From Anaerolineales bacterium (lineage in GTDB: Bacteria > Chloroflexota > Anaerolineae > Anaerolineales > UBA11579), in contig JANWHN010000086.1 of assembly GCA_025450445.1 (NCBI GenBank), positions 8,770 through 72,769 of the forward strand: DNA of 64,000 nt, given 5' to 3'. A program made the position numbers and the translations under genes. A model generated the notes under the pieces. It made no database searches and was not told where the DNA came from. It was given only the letters and a program-made list of their open reading frames with translations. Shown here in pieces: positions 27,085 through 36,973 of this stretch (its first letter is position 1; every line of letters starts with the position of its first letter).

Positions 27085-27960
27085 TTACGAAAAGTAAAAG
27101 ATGAGTAGGATCGAAAGCCCCCACAAAACCAAGTCGGCCTGGATCAGGCGGTCGCTAAACAAAATATCTTCGGGCGCCTCGCCAGTATTGCGTACTTGGA
27201 CCAGGTAGAGATAGCGGAAAAAACCGTAGATCACAAAGGGGATCGTGAGCATCATCGCGTGGCTCTCCGGCAAATTTGGAGCCGAGAAGGTGTATAGACT
27301 GTAGGTCAGAATCGCTAAGCTGAGCACGATCTGCAGAAGCTGATCCAGAAACGGCCCGCTATATCCTGCTAGAACGCGCCGCGTTTGGCCGCCACCCTTT
27401 GCGTTCAGTTCAGCCCGCCTTTTGCCGATGCCAAGGAAGAGTGCAAAAAATGTGGTGAACACGTAAAGCCACGGCGAAAATCTTTCGACCTCGATTAGCG
27501 CTACGCCAGCGCCGACCCGCAGAACGTAAAACCCGGCCAGGATCATTACATCGATGATTGGTAGATGCTTAAGCCATAAAGAATAAGAAAGATTTAAAAC
27601 TAGGTAGGAAAGGCAAAGCAACGCAAATAGAGGCGATAACAAATAGCCCAGCACCAGGGCAGAGATCAAAAAGATGGCCGAAGCAACAAGCGCGACCGGA
27701 ACTGGCAAGTCTCCGGCAGCAAGCGGGCGCAGCCTTTTCTTTGGGTGCTGCTGATCGGCTTTTAGGTCAATGGTGTCATTGAGCAGATAGACACCGCTAG
27801 TAAGCAGACAGAACAATGCAAAACCGATTGCGGTGCGTTGGAGAGCTCCAGCCACCGTTAACTGACGGTCGAAGATGAGTCCCGCAAAAAGCAATACGTT
27901 CTTCGCCCATTGCTTAGGGCGCATATTTTTGAATAGTGCGAGCAACATGGCGGAAATCAT
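27085..27960 (-). CDS. UbiA-family prenyltransferase, polyprenyl-phosphate phosphoribosyltransferase-like
   Basis: MRPKQWAKNVLLF...YLLNDTIDLKADQQHPKKRLRPLAAG resembles the mycobacterial DPPR synthase (Rv3806c type, NDxxDxxxD + HPxK..RP.A.G). ATG 27960 follows GAAGGA. The track start at 28128 is over-extended. Confidence 0.8.
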   Translation of the reverse strand: MISAMLLALFKNMRPKQWAKNVLLFAGLIFDRQLTVAGALQRTAIGFALFCLLTSGVYLLNDTIDLKADQQHPKKRLRPLAAGDLPVPVALVASAIFLISALVLGYLLSPLFALLCLSYLVLNLSYSLWLKHLPIIDVMILAGFYVLRVGAGVALIEVERFSPWLYVFTTFFALFLGIGKRRAELNAKGGGQTRRVLAGYSGPFLDQLLQIVLSLAILTYSLYTFSAPNLPESHAMMLTIPFVIYGFFRYLYLVQVRNTGEAPEDILFSDRLIQADLVLWGLSILLIFYFS

Positions 27961-28009
27961 AGCATCCTTCGCTGCAGACAACAACGCGCCCGCTGATAGA
28001 ATCGCAAAT

Positions 28010-28792
28010 GTGGCAAAACAACGCGCCGATGCGCTTTTGGTGGAGCGCGGCCTCGCTGAGAGCCGCACACAGGCCCAACGGCTGGTAATGGCGGGCCAGG
28101 TGCGAGCCAACGGGCAAGTGGTACCCAAAGCTTCTAGTCTGTTAGGGGATGAAGCCCTCCTTGAGGTGATAAAAGGCCCACGCTACGTCTCACGGGGCGG
28201 CGAGAAGCTTGAAGCTGCTCTGGTGCAATTTGAAATTGATCCCACGGGATGCATTTGTGCCGACGTGGGTTCTTCCACTGGGGGCTTCACCGATTGCCTG
28301 CTTCAGCATGGCGCGGCCAAGGTTTATGCCATCGATGTTGGTAAAGGGCAGTTAGACTGGAAATTGCGCCAAGATGAACGCGTCGTTGTTATGGAGCAGA
28401 CCAACGCTCGCAATTTGGACAAGTTACCCGAACCCGTTTTCCTTGCAACTATTGATGCTTCATTTATTTCGTTAAAGACCCTATTGCCAGTTGTTCGCAA
28501 TTGGTTGATTGAGAATGGCCAGTTGATAGCTCTGATTAAGCCGCAGTTTGAAGCCGGCAAGCAAGAAGCCTCGCGGGGTGAAGGCGTAATTCGCGATCCG
28601 CAAATCCACCGCCGCATTCTGAGCGAAGTGCTTGGTTTTGCAGAACAGAGCGAGTTCGGTTTATTGGGCCTTACTCAATCTCCTCTGGTTGGACCCAAAG
28701 GAAACATCGAATTCCTTCTCTGGGCGAAAGTTTCAGCACCTTCAGCTTTGCCTATTGAACAATTAGTAACTGCTGCAGTTCCTAACGAATAA
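28010..28792 (+). CDS. tlyA: TlyA-family rRNA 2'-O-methyltransferase (S4 + FtsJ-like domains)
   Basis: RADALLVERGLAESRTQAQRLVMAGQV...YVSRGGEKL...DVGSSTGGFTDCLLQHGA. GTG 28010 gives the usual N-terminus. ATG 27947 is possible but would overlap the ubiA-like 5' end. Confidence 0.85.
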   Translation: MAKQRADALLVERGLAESRTQAQRLVMAGQVRANGQVVPKASSLLGDEALLEVIKGPRYVSRGGEKLEAALVQFEIDPTGCICADVGSSTGGFTDCLLQHGAAKVYAIDVGKGQLDWKLRQDERVVVMEQTNARNLDKLPEPVFLATIDASFISLKTLLPVVRNWLIENGQLIALIKPQFEAGKQEASRGEGVIRDPQIHRRILSEVLGFAEQSEFGLLGLTQSPLVGPKGNIEFLLWAKVSAPSALPIEQLVTAAVPNE

Positions 28793-28853
28793 GATTCCGG
28801 TCGCAATCCTCGACGCGTTTTCCTAATAACCGTTCAGTTATACTCTTCTGCTT

Positions 28854-30650
28854 ATGCAACAAATTCGTAATTTTTGCATCATCGCGCATATCGATCACGG
28901 CAAATCCACGCTCGCCGATCGACTCCTCCAACTAACCGGGACGATCTCCGAACGGGATATGACCGCGCAAGTTCTGGATAGTATGGACCTGGAACGCGAA
29001 AAAGGCGTCACGATCAAATCGTCCGCGGTGCGGATGAACTACAACGCCAAGGATGGCCAAAGCTACGAGCTCAACCTGATCGACACTCCGGGCCACGTTG
29101 ACTTCGGTTACGAAGTCAGCCGCGCTCTGGAAGCTTGCGAGGGGGCGCTTCTGGTTGTCGACGCATCTCAAGGCATCCAGGCTCAAACGCTAGCCAACCT
29201 CTACAGCGCGCTGGATGCTGACCTGGAGATCATTCCGATCATCAATAAGATCGATATGCCCGCCGCAAACCCGGACGCGGTTGCTAAGGAGATCAGCCAA
29301 CTCATCGGTACGCCCGTTGAAGATATCCTGCGAATATCAGCCAAGTCCGGCGAGAACATCGAAGCTGTGCTTGAAGCTGTTGTCGAACGCGTCCCAGCAC
29401 CGAAAGGCGATCCCGCTGCTCCTCTCCGCGCTCTGATTTTCGATTCACATTACGACGCTTACAAGGGCGTCGTGGCTTATGTGCGTGTTATCGACGGGCG
29501 CATCGAGGGTGAGGAGCCCTTGCGCCTCATGATCACCGGCGCTGAATTTAAGCCGATCGAGATCGGCACCTTCACGCCGCGGCTAACCGCAGGAAAGATG
29601 CTCGAGGCGGGCGAGGTGGGTTACGTTGCCACGGGTTTCAAAACCGTAGCCGAGTGCCGCGTCGGCGATACCTTCACCTACAAATCGCGCCCGGCTGCCG
29701 AACCGCTGCCCGGCTATCGTCAGGTCAAACCCATGGTGTTTGCGGGCATCTATCCGGTCGAAGGCGATGATTACCCGGAACTGAAAGAGGCGCTAGAAAA
29801 GTTGCAGCTTAACGACGCCTCGTTGGTTTATGAGCCCGAGATCTCGCAGGCCTTGAACTTCGGCTTCCGCTGCGGCTTTCTGGGCATGTTTCACATGGAA
29901 ATTGTTCAGGAGCGCCTGGAGCGCGAGTACGACTTGGACATTATCGTGACCGCCCCTTCGGTGGCATATGAAGTGGTGCTCAATAGTGGCGAAGTAGTGC
30001 CAGTCGACTCACCCGCCGAGTTGCCAAACGAAGGCGAGACCACCGAGGTGCGTGAACCTTGGATGGATATTGAGATCTTTACCCCCACTGCTTACTATGG
30101 CCCAGTGATGGAACTAGTCACTCATCGCCGGTCGATTTATAAGGGCGAGGAGCATCCCGCTCCTGAGCGGGTCCAGCTTAATTTCGAGATTCCTCTTGCT
30201 GAGATCATTGTGGATTTTTTTGACCAGCTCAAATCCGTCACCCGTGGCTACGCCTCCCTGGATTATCACTTCAAAGAATATCGCGCCGATGAATTGGTGA
30301 AACTCGAGATCCATGTCAACATGGAACCGATCGATGCCTTTACCACAATCGTCCACAAGGATGATGCCTACCGAAAAGGTCAGGCGTTGATTACTAAACT
30401 AAAAGACTTAATCCCTCGCCAGCTCTTCGTGGTTCCAATTCAAGCAGTCTCAGGTGGCCGTGTGATATCGCGCGCCAATGTGAAGGCCATGCGCAAAGAT
30501 GTGCTTGCTAAGTGCTATGGCGGCGATGTCACTCGCAAAAAGAAATTGCTTGAGAAGCAGAAGAAGGGCAAGAAGCGGATGAAGATGGTCGGCAGCGTGG
30601 AGATTCCTCAGGAAGCATTCCTGGCCGTCCTTCGCTTGAGTGATGACTAG
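28854..30650 (+). CDS. lepA: Translation elongation factor 4
   Basis: [22 protein letters not shown]...DTPGHVDF...NKID and the LepA C-terminal domain (...[17 protein letters not shown]). Confidence 0.96.
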   Translation: MQQIRNFCIIAHIDHGKSTLADRLLQLTGTISERDMTAQVLDSMDLEREKGVTIKSSAVRMNYNAKDGQSYELNLIDTPGHVDFGYEVSRALEACEGALLVVDASQGIQAQTLANLYSALDADLEIIPIINKIDMPAANPDAVAKEISQLIGTPVEDILRISAKSGENIEAVLEAVVERVPAPKGDPAAPLRALIFDSHYDAYKGVVAYVRVIDGRIEGEEPLRLMITGAEFKPIEIGTFTPRLTAGKMLEAGEVGYVATGFKTVAECRVGDTFTYKSRPAAEPLPGYRQVKPMVFAGIYPVEGDDYPELKEALEKLQLNDASLVYEPEISQALNFGFRCGFLGMFHMEIVQERLEREYDLDIIVTAPSVAYEVVLNSGEVVPVDSPAELPNEGETTEVREPWMDIEIFTPTAYYGPVMELVTHRRSIYKGEEHPAPERVQLNFEIPLAEIIVDFFDQLKSVTRGYASLDYHFKEYRADELVKLEIHVNMEPIDAFTTIVHKDDAYRKGQALITKLKDLIPRQLFVVPIQAVSGGRVISRANVKAMRKDVLAKCYGGDVTRKKKLLEKQKKGKKRMKMVGSVEIPQEAFLAVLRLSDD

Positions 30651-31662
30651 CGCCAAAGCCACGCCCAATCGGCGCAGCAACAACCTGGTGCGAATGTTGC
30701 CCGGGTTTCTTGTTACTTTCGTTGCTTTAGCAGTTCTTTACTTCTTCATCGATCTGGATACTCTTGCAACAGCCTTTGCCCTACAAGATTATCGTTGGTT
30801 GCCATTGGTCATCCTCGCCTTCTTCGGTACTTTGCTTACGCGCACTCAAGCCTGGCGCACGATCCTAGAGGGGCGAGCGAATTTTAAAGAATCTTTTCTC
30901 GTAATCTCCCAAGCCTATCTATTGAACAATGTGCTGCCATTCCGTCTGGGTGAGCTTGGCCGCGCTTTGCTTCTGAGTGGGCGTGTCAGCTTGAGTTTTT
31001 GGCGTGTTTTTTCCACAGTTGTAGTTGAACGCGTCTTCGATCTCGGTATTGCGGCAGGTTTGCTGCTGGCAACGCTTCCACTCGTGGTTGGAGCCGACTG
31101 GGCGCGTTCGGCAGCGCTCGTTGCCATTGCATTGGTAGTTGCTGGCTTTGCGATTTTGTTCCTAATGGCCAGAAATCCTGAGGGAACCCGCCACCTTATC
31201 GAAAGACTAACAAAACCGAAACCAAAACTACAGCATTGGCTTTCTGACAAACTAGCCTCCTTCTTGGAGGGGTTGTCGACCCTCAGGGATTGGCGACGCT
31301 TTCTTACTGTGACTTTCTGGATGCTGCTAACTTGGTTTTTCAATGTGGCTTGGTATTACCTCCTTTTGCGCAGCTTCATTCCGGTTGCGCCATGGCTATG
31401 GGCATTCTTCTCGATTGCCGTTGCTTCTCTTGGCGTTGCATTGCCATCTTCTCCCGGGTATGTTGGTGTGCTCGAAACAGCCATGGTCGGGTCCCTTAGC
31501 TTGTTTGGGGTTGACCCATCGATTTCGCTTGCCTATGCGTTGGTGGCGCATGTGCTGTACTTCATCCTCACTGGTGCCATTGGCATCTATGGTTTTTGGG
31601 AGCAAGGCCAATCGCTAGGTGAGGTTTATCGGAAATTGCTCAATCGTCCCGAAAGCGCGTAA
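30640..31662 (+). CDS. UPF0104 / lysyl-PG-synthase-TM-like (flippase-like) integral membrane protein
   Basis: About 8 TM helices with ...AWRTILEG...[22 protein letters not shown], characteristic of the family. The start (GTG 30640 or ATG 30643) overlaps the lepA stop. Confidence 0.7.
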   Translation: MMTSAKATPNRRSNNLVRMLPGFLVTFVALAVLYFFIDLDTLATAFALQDYRWLPLVILAFFGTLLTRTQAWRTILEGRANFKESFLVISQAYLLNNVLPFRLGELGRALLLSGRVSLSFWRVFSTVVVERVFDLGIAAGLLLATLPLVVGADWARSAALVAIALVVAGFAILFLMARNPEGTRHLIERLTKPKPKLQHWLSDKLASFLEGLSTLRDWRRFLTVTFWMLLTWFFNVAWYYLLLRSFIPVAPWLWAFFSIAVASLGVALPSSPGYVGVLETAMVGSLSLFGVDPSISLAYALVAHVLYFILTGAIGIYGFWEQGQSLGEVYRKLLNRPESA

Positions 31663-31671
31663 GGAATTCCT

Positions 31672-32706
31672 ATGGCTAAGAAAGAAAATTATTTGGTCAC
31701 CGGTGGCGCAGGCTTCATTGGCAGCAATTACACCGACCAGTTGTTGGCTCGCGGCGCCAAGGTCACTATCTTCGATAATCTTTCCCGTCGCGGCGCCGAT
31801 CGCAACTTGGCTTGGCTGCGCGAGAAACATGGTGCCGATTCATTCGAGTTGGTCGTAGGGGACGTGCGCCAGGGGGATGCTCTGCTGGACGTGGTTGCGG
31901 ATGCCGATCTGATCGTGCATTTGGCAGGTCAGGTCGCTGTTACCAGCTCAGTTGTCGATCCGCGCAATGATTTCGACATTAATGCGCTCGGAACTTTCAA
32001 CGTGCTTGAAGCGGCTCGTAGATCCGGAAATAAGCCTTTCGTCATCTACTCCTCCACCAACAAGGTTTACGGAGAAACCGCCGAACATAAACTGATCGAG
32101 CAAAAAACGCGTTACCGCTACGCCAAATTGCCGAACGGGCTTCCTGAGACCCAGCAGCTCGACTTCCATTCGCCGTACGGCTGCTCCAAAGGTGCGGCCG
32201 AGCAATATGTGCGGGATTACTCCCGCATTTACGACATCCCCAGCGTGGTCATGCGCCAAAGCTGCATTTACGGCCCGCGCCAGTTCGGGGTCGAGGACCA
32301 AGGCTGGCTGGCCTGGTTTGTGATCGCGGCTGTGCTGGGCAAGCCGATCACGATCTACGGCGACGGCAAACAGGTGCGCGATATGTTGCACGTCCGTGAT
32401 CTGATCGCTGCCTACGATGCCGCCATCTCCAAGCGCAAGAAAGTGGCCGGCCAGATCTTCAACGTCGGCGGCGGGCCAAAGCACACGCTCTCGATCTGGC
32501 GCGAGTGCGGGCCGATGCTGGAAAAATTCCTTGGGCGAAAGATCCCGGTAAGTTGGGACAAGCCGCGCCCAGGCGACCAGCAGGTTTACATCAGCGATAT
32601 TCGCAAAGCCAAGAAAGAGCTTGGCTGGACGCCGAAGATCGCAGTGGAGCAGGGCGCAAAAGAGCTTGTCGATTGGGTGCAAGCCAATCGCAGCTTGTTC
32701 AATTAG
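31672..32706 (+). CDS. NAD-dependent sugar-nucleotide epimerase/dehydratase (CDP-paratose-2-epimerase-like SDR)
   Basis: LVTGGAGFIGSNY...DNLSRRGADRNLAWL...SSTNKVYG...SPYGCSKGAAEQY (GxxGxxG and YxxxK). Confidence 0.85.
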   Translation: MAKKENYLVTGGAGFIGSNYTDQLLARGAKVTIFDNLSRRGADRNLAWLREKHGADSFELVVGDVRQGDALLDVVADADLIVHLAGQVAVTSSVVDPRNDFDINALGTFNVLEAARRSGNKPFVIYSSTNKVYGETAEHKLIEQKTRYRYAKLPNGLPETQQLDFHSPYGCSKGAAEQYVRDYSRIYDIPSVVMRQSCIYGPRQFGVEDQGWLAWFVIAAVLGKPITIYGDGKQVRDMLHVRDLIAAYDAAISKRKKVAGQIFNVGGGPKHTLSIWRECGPMLEKFLGRKIPVSWDKPRPGDQQVYISDIRKAKKELGWTPKIAVEQGAKELVDWVQANRSLFN

Positions 32707-32725
32707 CCTGCATTAAACTGAGCCC

Positions 32726-33889
32726 GTGCGCATTCTCACGGTCCTCACTTATTACCGCCCCCACACCAGCGGATTGACCATATATGCAGAGCGCCTTGCC
32801 AAGGCGCTACTGCGCCGCGGACACGAAGTGACTGTGCTCACCTCGCAATTTGAAGACGGCCTGCCGCTCGAGGAGATGCAAGACGGTTTGCGGATCCGGC
32901 GGGTGCCTGTGGCGTTGCGAATCAGCAAGGGCGTCCTAATGCCGTCATTGGGTCGGACTGCTTCTGAAGAAACGCGCAAACATGATGCACTGCTTCTGCA
33001 TTTGCCCCAATTTGACGCAGCGGGCTTGGCGCTGCGCGGACGATTGCAGAAAAAACCAACTGTCATTATTTATCATTCCGACCTAACGCTTCCTCCAGGT
33101 TTATTTAATCGATTGGTCAATTTTGTAGTCAACACGATGAATGGTTTGGCTGCCCGCATCACGCATCGCATCTCTTCATACACAGAGGACTTCGCCAGCC
33201 ATTCTCCATACCTGCGCCGCTTTCGAGAAAAGGTGCGCGTGATCGCGCCGGCGGTTGAGATTCCTGGGGCGAGTGCGGCTGAAGTCAAAGAATTCACTGC
33301 CCAGCACAATCCCGAGGATCGGCATCCGGTCATTGCCATGGCAACCCGCTTTGCAGCCGAGAAAGGGGTGGAACTTTTGCTTCAAGGGTTGCCAGCAGTG
33401 CTTGAGAAATTTCCCAAGGCGAAAGTCTTGTTCGCCGGCCAGTACGAAAACGTATTAGGAGAAGAATCATATTGGCAGCGTCTTTGGCCGCAGATCGAGA
33501 AATATATTCAGGCGGGACAATGGAAGTTTCTCGGCACCCTCTCTATGCAAGAGATGGCTGCGTTTTATCCAAACATTGACCTGCTCGTGGTCCCAAGCAC
33601 CAACTCTACGGAGACTTTTGGTTTCGTGCAGATCGAAGCGATGATGAATGGCAAACCTGTGGTTGCTTCTGATCTGCCCGGCGTGCGCCAACCGGTGAAA
33701 CTGACCGGGATGGGACGGGTGACGCCAGTGGGCGATGCGGGCGCGCTTGCGCAGAACATGCTGGCAGTGCTCAGCGAGCCGGATAAATATGGCGGCGACC
33801 CGAGCGCGCTGCGCCAGCGATTCAGCCCCGATACCTGCGCTGCCAATCACGAAGCGCTCTTCAACGAAATTGCGGCAGAGTTTAAGTAA
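32726..33889 (+). CDS. GT4-family (GT-B) glycosyltransferase
   Basis: Start MRILTVLTYYRPHTSGL and a C-terminal E..FGFVQIEAMMNGKPVVASD (EX7E-like) motif. The start codon is GTG. Confidence 0.85.
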   Translation: MRILTVLTYYRPHTSGLTIYAERLAKALLRRGHEVTVLTSQFEDGLPLEEMQDGLRIRRVPVALRISKGVLMPSLGRTASEETRKHDALLLHLPQFDAAGLALRGRLQKKPTVIIYHSDLTLPPGLFNRLVNFVVNTMNGLAARITHRISSYTEDFASHSPYLRRFREKVRVIAPAVEIPGASAAEVKEFTAQHNPEDRHPVIAMATRFAAEKGVELLLQGLPAVLEKFPKAKVLFAGQYENVLGEESYWQRLWPQIEKYIQAGQWKFLGTLSMQEMAAFYPNIDLLVVPSTNSTETFGFVQIEAMMNGKPVVASDLPGVRQPVKLTGMGRVTPVGDAGALAQNMLAVLSEPDKYGGDPSALRQRFSPDTCAANHEALFNEIAAEFK

Positions 33890-34698
33890 TGGGTCACCCC
33901 GCTCCGCGAACAGACACAAATCCATATCTTTGGTCGCAGTTGCGCGATCTCCCATACTTCCGCGCACTGTTACGTGCGGTCGAGGCTGACTTTTATCGCC
34001 ATTTCGAGTTGGCTGGGCCGATCCTGGATGTTGGCTGCGGTGACGGGCAATTTGCCTCTGTGGTTTTCAAGCAAGCTATCGATGTGGGCTTCGACCCGTT
34101 TCTGCCTTCACTGCGGGAAGCCAAAACATACGGCTTGTATCGCGGGCTGGCCCAATCGCTTGGCGAAAGGACCCCGTTCCCAGATGCGCATTTTGGCAGC
34201 GCGTTCAGCAACTCGGTGCTGGAGCATATTCCTGGCTTGCAAGCGGTCCTGAACGAAACTGGACGAGTGTTGCAATCAGGCGCCCTTTTCCTGTTCTGTG
34301 TGCCCAATCATCGTTGGCCTGGGAATTTGTCCATCTCCAACTTTCTGAAGAGGATCGGGCTGCAGGGTTTTGCCCGCGCATATGTGCGCTTCTTCACCCG
34401 TATCTCCCGCCATGTGAATATGCTCTCTCCCAAAGAATGGGAGGAGAGACTGAAGACTGCCGGATTTGCCTTGGAAGACCATTGGCATTACTTTCCGCAG
34501 GCTGCTTTGCATGCGCTGGAGTGGGGCCATTATTTTGGCCTGCCAAGCTGGGTGGCCCGCGGCTTGACCCGGCGCTGGGTAATTGCACCGTATCGCTGGA
34601 ACCTTGCGCTTACCGAACGCCTGATCCGCAAACATGCCAGCGGTGGCGCCGCCCCGAACGGTACCTATACGTGGTTCGTTGCCCGAAAATTGAATTAA
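33889..34698 (+). CDS. Class I SAM-dependent methyltransferase
   Basis: ILDVGCGDGQF (motif I) ...FSNSVLEHIP...LQSGALFLFCVPN. The ATG overlaps the GT4 stop (TAATG). Confidence 0.8.
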   Translation: MGHPAPRTDTNPYLWSQLRDLPYFRALLRAVEADFYRHFELAGPILDVGCGDGQFASVVFKQAIDVGFDPFLPSLREAKTYGLYRGLAQSLGERTPFPDAHFGSAFSNSVLEHIPGLQAVLNETGRVLQSGALFLFCVPNHRWPGNLSISNFLKRIGLQGFARAYVRFFTRISRHVNMLSPKEWEERLKTAGFALEDHWHYFPQAALHALEWGHYFGLPSWVARGLTRRWVIAPYRWNLALTERLIRKHASGGAAPNGTYTWFVARKLN

Positions 34699-34851
34699 TC
34701 ATCATCATCACTGCCAGACCCCCCCGTATTCGTTAAAACTTAAATTTCCTCGCTATAACCAGGTTGCCAACACTATTTCTCCTTTCTGCCCAAGTGCCTG
34801 AGATACAATCAGCCATTCGCCCCTCAGGGCGCTTATTTTTGCACAAATCGA

Positions 34852-36972
34852 ATGTCTGAACCCAGCATTCTCGACTATGTCAAGGCGTTCATCGCCCGCC
34901 AGCCCCTGCCTGCCATTCCGGCACTGCCGAAAGGCAAAGCCCGAGCGGTGCGTTCGGCGCCCACGGCTCGGCGAGCTGCAGCCCGGCCAAGTATCTCGAT
35001 AAAGGCTCTTCCGTGGCTGAGCGTCTCAGCCCTCGTTTTTTTTCTGGCCGCACAACTTATGTGGAACGCAGGCCCTGGGGTGCCCTTAACGAATCTGGTG
35101 CTTGGCGGGGCCTTTGCACTGCTGGCTCTAATTGCAACGATCTGGGCGGCAGTTACGAACGAGTGGCGATTGCCGGTGCTGGAAGAAGGAACGGTCGACA
35201 AACACGCCCTTATCTTTAGGCGAATCCCGCTGGCGCTGGGCTTGTTGTTCTTTGGACTTACGCTCCTTTTCTCTGGGAGTAATCGCTTTAATTTCATCAA
35301 CACAACTTTTTGGTTCCTCAGCGTGGTTTTCACGCTTGCCGCATTTTGGCAGACGCGCGAATGGCTGAGCAGCTTGTGGAAGCAGGCCCGCGAGCGGATC
35401 AGCCAGTCGCAATGGACGCTGCCGATCTCGCGCTGGTCGCTATTGCTGATCGCGCTGTTCGTCCTGATCGCCGCCTTCCGCTTTGTCGGGCTAGTGACGA
35501 TGCCACCGGAGATGACTAGCGACCATGCGGAAAAGCTGCTGGACGTTAGCGATGTGATCGGTGGGAAGACATCGATCTTCTTCGAACGCAATTCGGGGCG
35601 CGAGCCGTTTCAGTTCTATTGGACGGCTTGGGTCGGACAGGTTTTTGGCACCGGCGTCACGTTTTTGAGCCTGAAACTTGGCACTGCCCTCTTGGCGTTT
35701 GTCTCTCTCATATATGTGTATTTGCTTGGGAAAGAATTGGGCGGGCGCTGGGTAGGTTTGTTCGCGCTGATCTTTGTGGGCTTCGCCTATTGGGCGAATG
35801 TGCTGGCCCGCACCGGCTTGCGGTTTTCGCTGTATCCAACATTCGCTTCCCCAACTCTTTATTACCTACTAATCGGACTGCGCCGCGGGCAGTTAAATAA
35901 CTTCCTCTTATCGGGATTATTCCTTGGCATCAGCTTGCTGGGCTACACCGCTTCGCGGGTGATGCCGATCGTTGTGGTGGCCGCGGTTGCGATCTTTCTG
36001 TTGCACAAGTCCACGCCTGAACTGCGCAAGCGCGCCTTGATCGGGCTAGCGCTGCTAGCGCTAGTAGCCATGGTTGTCTTTGCGCCGGTGATGCGATTTG
36101 CAATCGACCGGCCCGACCTGTTTGGATTCCGTATGGTTACGCGGGTGTTCGAAAGCGAACGCCCCTATCCGGCCCCTGTCTGGCAGACGTTCCCGATAAA
36201 CGTGATCCGCGCTCTGGGTATGTTTAATTATTCGGGCGGTGAGATCTGGCTGGTAGGTTTAGTGCGCCAGCCGGCGTTCGATTGGATCTCGGCTGCGCTG
36301 TTTTTGCTCGGCGTGCCGCTTTTGATATTGCGTTATGCGCGCACCCGGCAATGGCAAGACTTGTTCCTGCTGATCGCGCTGCCATTGCTGATGTTGCCTT
36401 CGACATTATCACTGGCGTTCCCGGAGGAAAACCCGGCCATGAACCGCGCCAGCGGCGCGTGGATCGCGGGTTTCCTGATCTGCGCGATCGCGTTGGATAC
36501 GGTGCTGCATTCGGTGCGCCGAAAAATTAACGGTCAGCTCGGATTAAGAATTGTTCAAGTGAGTGGGGTTGTGGTTTTGGCGTTCGTTGCCTTGATCAAC
36601 TATGCTCGCTTTGACGAATATATTTCGGCCTATGACTTGTATTCCTGGAACACGTCAGAACTCGGGGCTGTGATAGCGGATTACGCCGAAACATTTGGCA
36701 CGCTGGATAGCGCCTGGGTCTTGGCCTATCCGCACTGGGTGGATACGCGGCTGGTGGGGATGAACGCAGGCAACCCAACCCGCGATTATGCGATCTGGCC
36801 AGATCAACTGAGCAATACGCTGAGCACGCCCGCGCCGAAATTATTTTTGCTCAAACCCGAAGACAGCGCCGGGCTCGAAACTTTGCAGCAGCTCTATCCA
36901 AGTGGTTTGACGAGCATGCACCAAAGCCGTGTGCCCACCAAAGAATTCGTGGTCTTTTTCGTCCCACAGTAA
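34852..36972 (+). CDS. GT-C-fold-like polytopic membrane protein (ArnT/PMT-like)
   Basis: 706 aa with more than 12 hydrophobic helices. The loop PPEMTSDHAEKLLDVSD follows an early TM helix, as in PMT_2/ArnT-type enzymes. This is an assignment by eye only. Confidence 0.6.
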   Translation: MSEPSILDYVKAFIARQPLPAIPALPKGKARAVRSAPTARRAAARPSISIKALPWLSVSALVFFLAAQLMWNAGPGVPLTNLVLGGAFALLALIATIWAAVTNEWRLPVLEEGTVDKHALIFRRIPLALGLLFFGLTLLFSGSNRFNFINTTFWFLSVVFTLAAFWQTREWLSSLWKQARERISQSQWTLPISRWSLLLIALFVLIAAFRFVGLVTMPPEMTSDHAEKLLDVSDVIGGKTSIFFERNSGREPFQFYWTAWVGQVFGTGVTFLSLKLGTALLAFVSLIYVYLLGKELGGRWVGLFALIFVGFAYWANVLARTGLRFSLYPTFASPTLYYLLIGLRRGQLNNFLLSGLFLGISLLGYTASRVMPIVVVAAVAIFLLHKSTPELRKRALIGLALLALVAMVVFAPVMRFAIDRPDLFGFRMVTRVFESERPYPAPVWQTFPINVIRALGMFNYSGGEIWLVGLVRQPAFDWISAALFLLGVPLLILRYARTRQWQDLFLLIALPLLMLPSTLSLAFPEENPAMNRASGAWIAGFLICAIALDTVLHSVRRKINGQLGLRIVQVSGVVVLAFVALINYARFDEYISAYDLYSWNTSELGAVIADYAETFGTLDSAWVLAYPHWVDTRLVGMNAGNPTRDYAIWPDQLSNTLSTPAPKLFLLKPEDSAGLETLQQLYPSGLTSMHQSRVPTKEFVVFFVPQ

Positions 36973-36973
36973 C

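Noticed and set aside
27946-27949. A CATG tetranucleotide that provides an ATG on both strands. This suggests divergently overlapping 5' ends of the ubiA-like and tlyA genes.
   Set aside because: More conventional starts exist: ATG 27960 with GAAGGA for the ubiA-like gene, and GTG 28010 for tlyA, which gives the canonical TlyA N-terminus. These leave a 49-bp divergent spacer. The overlap is probably an ORF-extension artefact.
31948-32682. A 244-aa minus-strand ORF inside the epimerase gene. Similar long antisense ORFs occur at 15482-16114, 34875-35591, 37796-38447, 47893-48447, 52929-53492, 57494-58051 and 61280-61774.
   Set aside because: All lie opposite genes with clear family motifs. They show the Arg/Ala/Gly/Pro-rich shadow composition typical of GC-rich DNA and lack an SD.
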